64,000 nt of DNA from Gemmatimonadales bacterium (GTDB lineage Bacteria; Gemmatimonadota; Gemmatimonadetes; Gemmatimonadales; GWC2-71-9), in the NCBI GenBank assembly GCA_039794085.1, contig JBDIWC010000002.1:1-64000 (forward strand). Reading direction: 5' to 3'. Shown here piece after piece: positions 61,456 through 64,000 of the stretch. Under the pieces are notes generated by a model. That model saw only the letters and a list, made by a program, of their open reading frames with translations, made no database searches and was not told where the DNA came from. How positions within the stretch are numbered: the stretch's first letter is position 1; every line of letters begins with the position of its first letter. The position numbers and the translations under genes were made by a program.

Positions 61456-63305
61456 GGCGCACCGCCGCCACGACCCACCAGGTCCGGCGTGAGGAACACC
61501 GGCCGGGGGGCCGAGTCTTCCGGAAAAAGGAGCTTGATGTCGACAGGCTGGTCTCCCTCGGAGGGTTCGAGATACCGGCGGATCACCCGGGCCACGTACG
61601 GGCCCACGGATGATCCGTGCAGTCCCTTCTCCATGATCGCCCCCACGATGATCTCCGGCTTGTCGGCGGGGGCAAACCCGATGAACCACCCATGATCAGC
61701 CCCGTGGGGATTCTGGGCCGTTCCGGTCTTGCCGGCCATTTGAAAATCGGCGCTCCGGCTGGCGGCCGCGGTGCCCCGCTCCACCACCGCGATCAGGGCC
61801 CGCCGGAGCCCCGCCACCGCGTCGGGTGCGAGGGCGAGATCCCGGGTTTCGGCGGTGGTCCGGGCCACGAGATACGGGGCCGGGGACACCCCGTCGGTGG
61901 CGAGGGCCTGGTAGAGCCTCATCACGTTCATCAGGCTCTGATCATTCTCTCCCTGGCCGATCGAGAGGTTCAGCACCACCGCATTGGTCCAACCGCGCGG
62001 TCCGTAGAGCCGGTCGTAATACGCCGTTCCCGAGGGGAAGGAAGATCGGGTGTCCCCGCCGAGGTCAATTTCGCTCCGCTCCCCGAATCCCATCTCGATC
62101 CCGTCCTCCAGAATCGCATTGAGACCCAGCCGAAGTCCAAGCTGGTAGAAATAGACGTCGCAGCTGGCCGCAATAGCCCCTTCCAGATCGAGGGACCCAT
62201 GCCCTTCCCTCTTCCAGCAGCGGAAGGTTCGATTGCCGAATCGGAGTCCCCCCCGGCACGGCTGGTCCATGTGGGTGTCCAGCCGGGCCAGGCCCCGCCG
62301 CATGGCCATCGCGGCGATGGCGAGCTTGAAGGGGGAGGCGGGCGGATAGGTTCCCTGGGTGGCGCGATTGAAGAGCGGCTTGCCCGCCTCCTCGCTGGTG
62401 AGAGCCCGGTACTGGTCGCTAGAGATCCCGCCCACGAACTCGTTCGGATCGTACGTGGGGGCACTGTACATCGCGAGGATCCCCCCATCCGGGGCCATCG
62501 CCACCATCGCCCCACTGAACTGGGGGAAGGCCGCCTGCCACAGACTGTCAATGTACTCCTGAAGGGGAAGATCGATCGTGGTCTGAATCGCGTCCCCGGG
62601 AACCGGCATTCGGGACAGCGCCGAGGTCTCCTCCCGGACCATGCGTCCCCGGGCATTCACTTCGATGAATCGCACCCCATCCCGTCCGCGAAGGATCGAA
62701 TCGTACCGCGCCTCCAGACCATCCTTCCCGACCACGGTGCCCAGGCGCGCACCGGGAAATCCCGTCGAGGCGAGTTCTCGTTCCGAGATCTCCCCGACAT
62801 ACCCGACCACGTGAGCCACCGCGCTCCCGGCCGGGTAACGGCGCCGCGGTTCGGTTTGGACCACCAGACCGGGAAGGGAGATCCGATGCTCCTCCAGGCG
62901 GGCGATCAGATCAAAGGACGTACTTCCGAGCACCAACGCCGGCTGGTAGGGGGCGCTCCGGTACCGGGACAGCACCTGGGCCACCGTGGCGCTGTCGAGC
63001 GGAACCAGTTTCTGGAACCGATCAAGAACAGCCCGGAGGGAGTCCACCGAGGGAGCGAAGAGCTTGACCGTGTACCCGGGGACGTTCTCCGCGATCACCA
63101 GGCCGTTGCGGTCGAGGATCGGACCCCGGGGGGCGGACAGCACCACCTCCCGGAGCCGGTTGCTCTGAGCCCGCAGCCGGTACCGGTCGTTCTGGAGAAC
63201 CTGGAGCCGGAAGAACGCCCCCCCCACCACAAGAAACACAACCGCCAGGATGACGCGTGCCAGGACCGCGCGATCCCGCAGTCGATATGGATCGAGGTAG
63301 CTCAT
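61452..63305 (-). CDS. mrdA: Penicillin-binding protein 2
   Basis: SPFK, SCD, KTG transpeptidase motifs; between mreD and rodA. Confidence 0.93.
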   Translation of the reverse strand: MSYLDPYRLRDRAVLARVILAVVFLVVGGAFFRLQVLQNDRYRLRAQSNRLREVVLSAPRGPILDRNGLVIAENVPGYTVKLFAPSVDSLRAVLDRFQKLVPLDSATVAQVLSRYRSAPYQPALVLGSTSFDLIARLEEHRISLPGLVVQTEPRRRYPAGSAVAHVVGYVGEISERELASTGFPGARLGTVVGKDGLEARYDSILRGRDGVRFIEVNARGRMVREETSALSRMPVPGDAIQTTIDLPLQEYIDSLWQAAFPQFSGAMVAMAPDGGILAMYSAPTYDPNEFVGGISSDQYRALTSEEAGKPLFNRATQGTYPPASPFKLAIAAMAMRRGLARLDTHMDQPCRGGLRFGNRTFRCWKREGHGSLDLEGAIAASCDVYFYQLGLRLGLNAILEDGIEMGFGERSEIDLGGDTRSSFPSGTAYYDRLYGPRGWTNAVVLNLSIGQGENDQSLMNVMRLYQALATDGVSPAPYLVARTTAETRDLALAPDAVAGLRRALIAVVERGTAAASRSADFQMAGKTGTAQNPHGADHGWFIGFAPADKPEIIVGAIMEKGLHGSSVGPYVARVIRRYLEPSEGDQPVDIKLLFPEDSAPRPVFLTPDLVGRGGGAP

Positions 63306-63796
63306 CGATCACCCCTGGGGGCAAGCAGGTCACGGAACAGGATGAAGACAAGAGTGCCGGTCACCGCCGTGGACAGCGCCTGCAGCGGCGACCAGAGCGT
63401 GGCCGCCGTCACCAGGTCCGCCGAGGTGGTTCCGTTGGCCATGAGGGTGAGGATGTTCCGCACCCAGAGGCCGCCGGCCACGAACCCCGCATTCACCAGG
63501 ACATTGTCCGCAAAAAACACCGATCGGCCCCACGAGGCCAGCCAGGCCACCAACGTGTGGGCCAGGGCTCCGGCACCAAACCGGGCCGGTCCCAGCACAT
63601 CAACCGTCACCCCGACGACCCATCCCGCCACGGCTGCGGCCCCGGGACGGGTGCGCATGGCATACAACAGCAGAGCCACCAGCAGGAAATCGGGGGCCGC
63701 ACGCCCCGCAAAGAGCCGGGGACGCACATAGAAATGCAGGGCCACCAGCAGGGCCATGATACCCCAGACCGCCAGGCGTCCCTCGCGTTCCCGCAT
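63302..63796 (-). CDS. mreD: Rod shape-determining protein MreD
   Basis: Hydrophobic protein with PDFLL motif; position in the mre operon. Confidence 0.85.
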   Translation of the reverse strand: MREREGRLAVWGIMALLVALHFYVRPRLFAGRAAPDFLLVALLLYAMRTRPGAAAVAGWVVGVTVDVLGPARFGAGALAHTLVAWLASWGRSVFFADNVLVNAGFVAGGLWVRNILTLMANGTTSADLVTAATLWSPLQALSTAVTGTLVFILFRDLLAPRGDR

Positions 63797-64000
63797 CACG
63801 ATCCCCCACTGTCGCCGGGAAGGAGCGGGGAGGGCGCGCGGGCCGGCCGGGCCACCAGCACATGGGACACGATCCCGGGGTTGACCAGGGGGCGAAGGGC
63901 GTAGACCCTCTCCCATCCCGGTTGTTCCTGGCGGATTCCGATCACCTGTCCGATCGGAATTCCCCGGGGATAGACATCTCCCAGTCCAGCACTGACCACC
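63796..64000 (-). CDS. mreC: MreC, C-terminal part (partial)
   Basis: SAGLGDVYPRGIPIG motif; upstream of mreD. Confidence 0.85.
   Translation of the reverse strand, partial: VVSAGLGDVYPRGIPIGQVIGIRQEQPGWERVYALRPLVNPGIVSHVLVARPARAPSPLLPGDSGGS

Overview
High-GC bacterial chromosome segment. Gene order, protein styles and the tmRNA tag ANSNLAMAA suggest Gemmatimonadota (inference). Most of it is housekeeping operons: aspS-phoH-ybeY-2xCNNM-mgtE-meaB; rlmN-acyltransferase; a glycerate dehydrogenase/glycerate kinase pair; HEAT-HD-GYP-MCP-folK-HD-LytR_C; lexA; a ~15-kb truA-htrA-purB-purC-psd-pssA-purSQ-purL-purF-ppdK-purEK run; a Zn-protease; NfeD-flotillin; dusB-larB-corA-GGDEF; and mreCD-mrdA-rodA-accD-folC-hisS-proS-lysA-guaA. 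It also contains ssrA (tmRNA) and the left end of an IS5-family element at the window edge. The most interesting signals lie outside the core genes: (1) a lipoprotein plus outer-membrane beta-barrel islet beside ssrA, where the lipoprotein frame is broken by a G16 tract right after the lipobox (candidate phase variation); (2) two 11-bp-period TTCGG-N6-TTCGG direct repeats over the lexA promoter (candidate lineage-specific SOS box); (3) mosaics of unrelated short repeat families in most larger intergenic gaps (GTAG/CGTC REPs, a REPIN, 9-bp-period inverted elements, GTAC hexamer arrays, heptamers, and a Rex/CRP-like palindrome fused to a CAAGnCnTGACCCC end), with no mobilising gene in the window; (4) several apparently leaderless genes; (5) orphan antitoxin-like genes at the tmRNA 3' end. 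All calls come from reading the sequence; no database searches were run.
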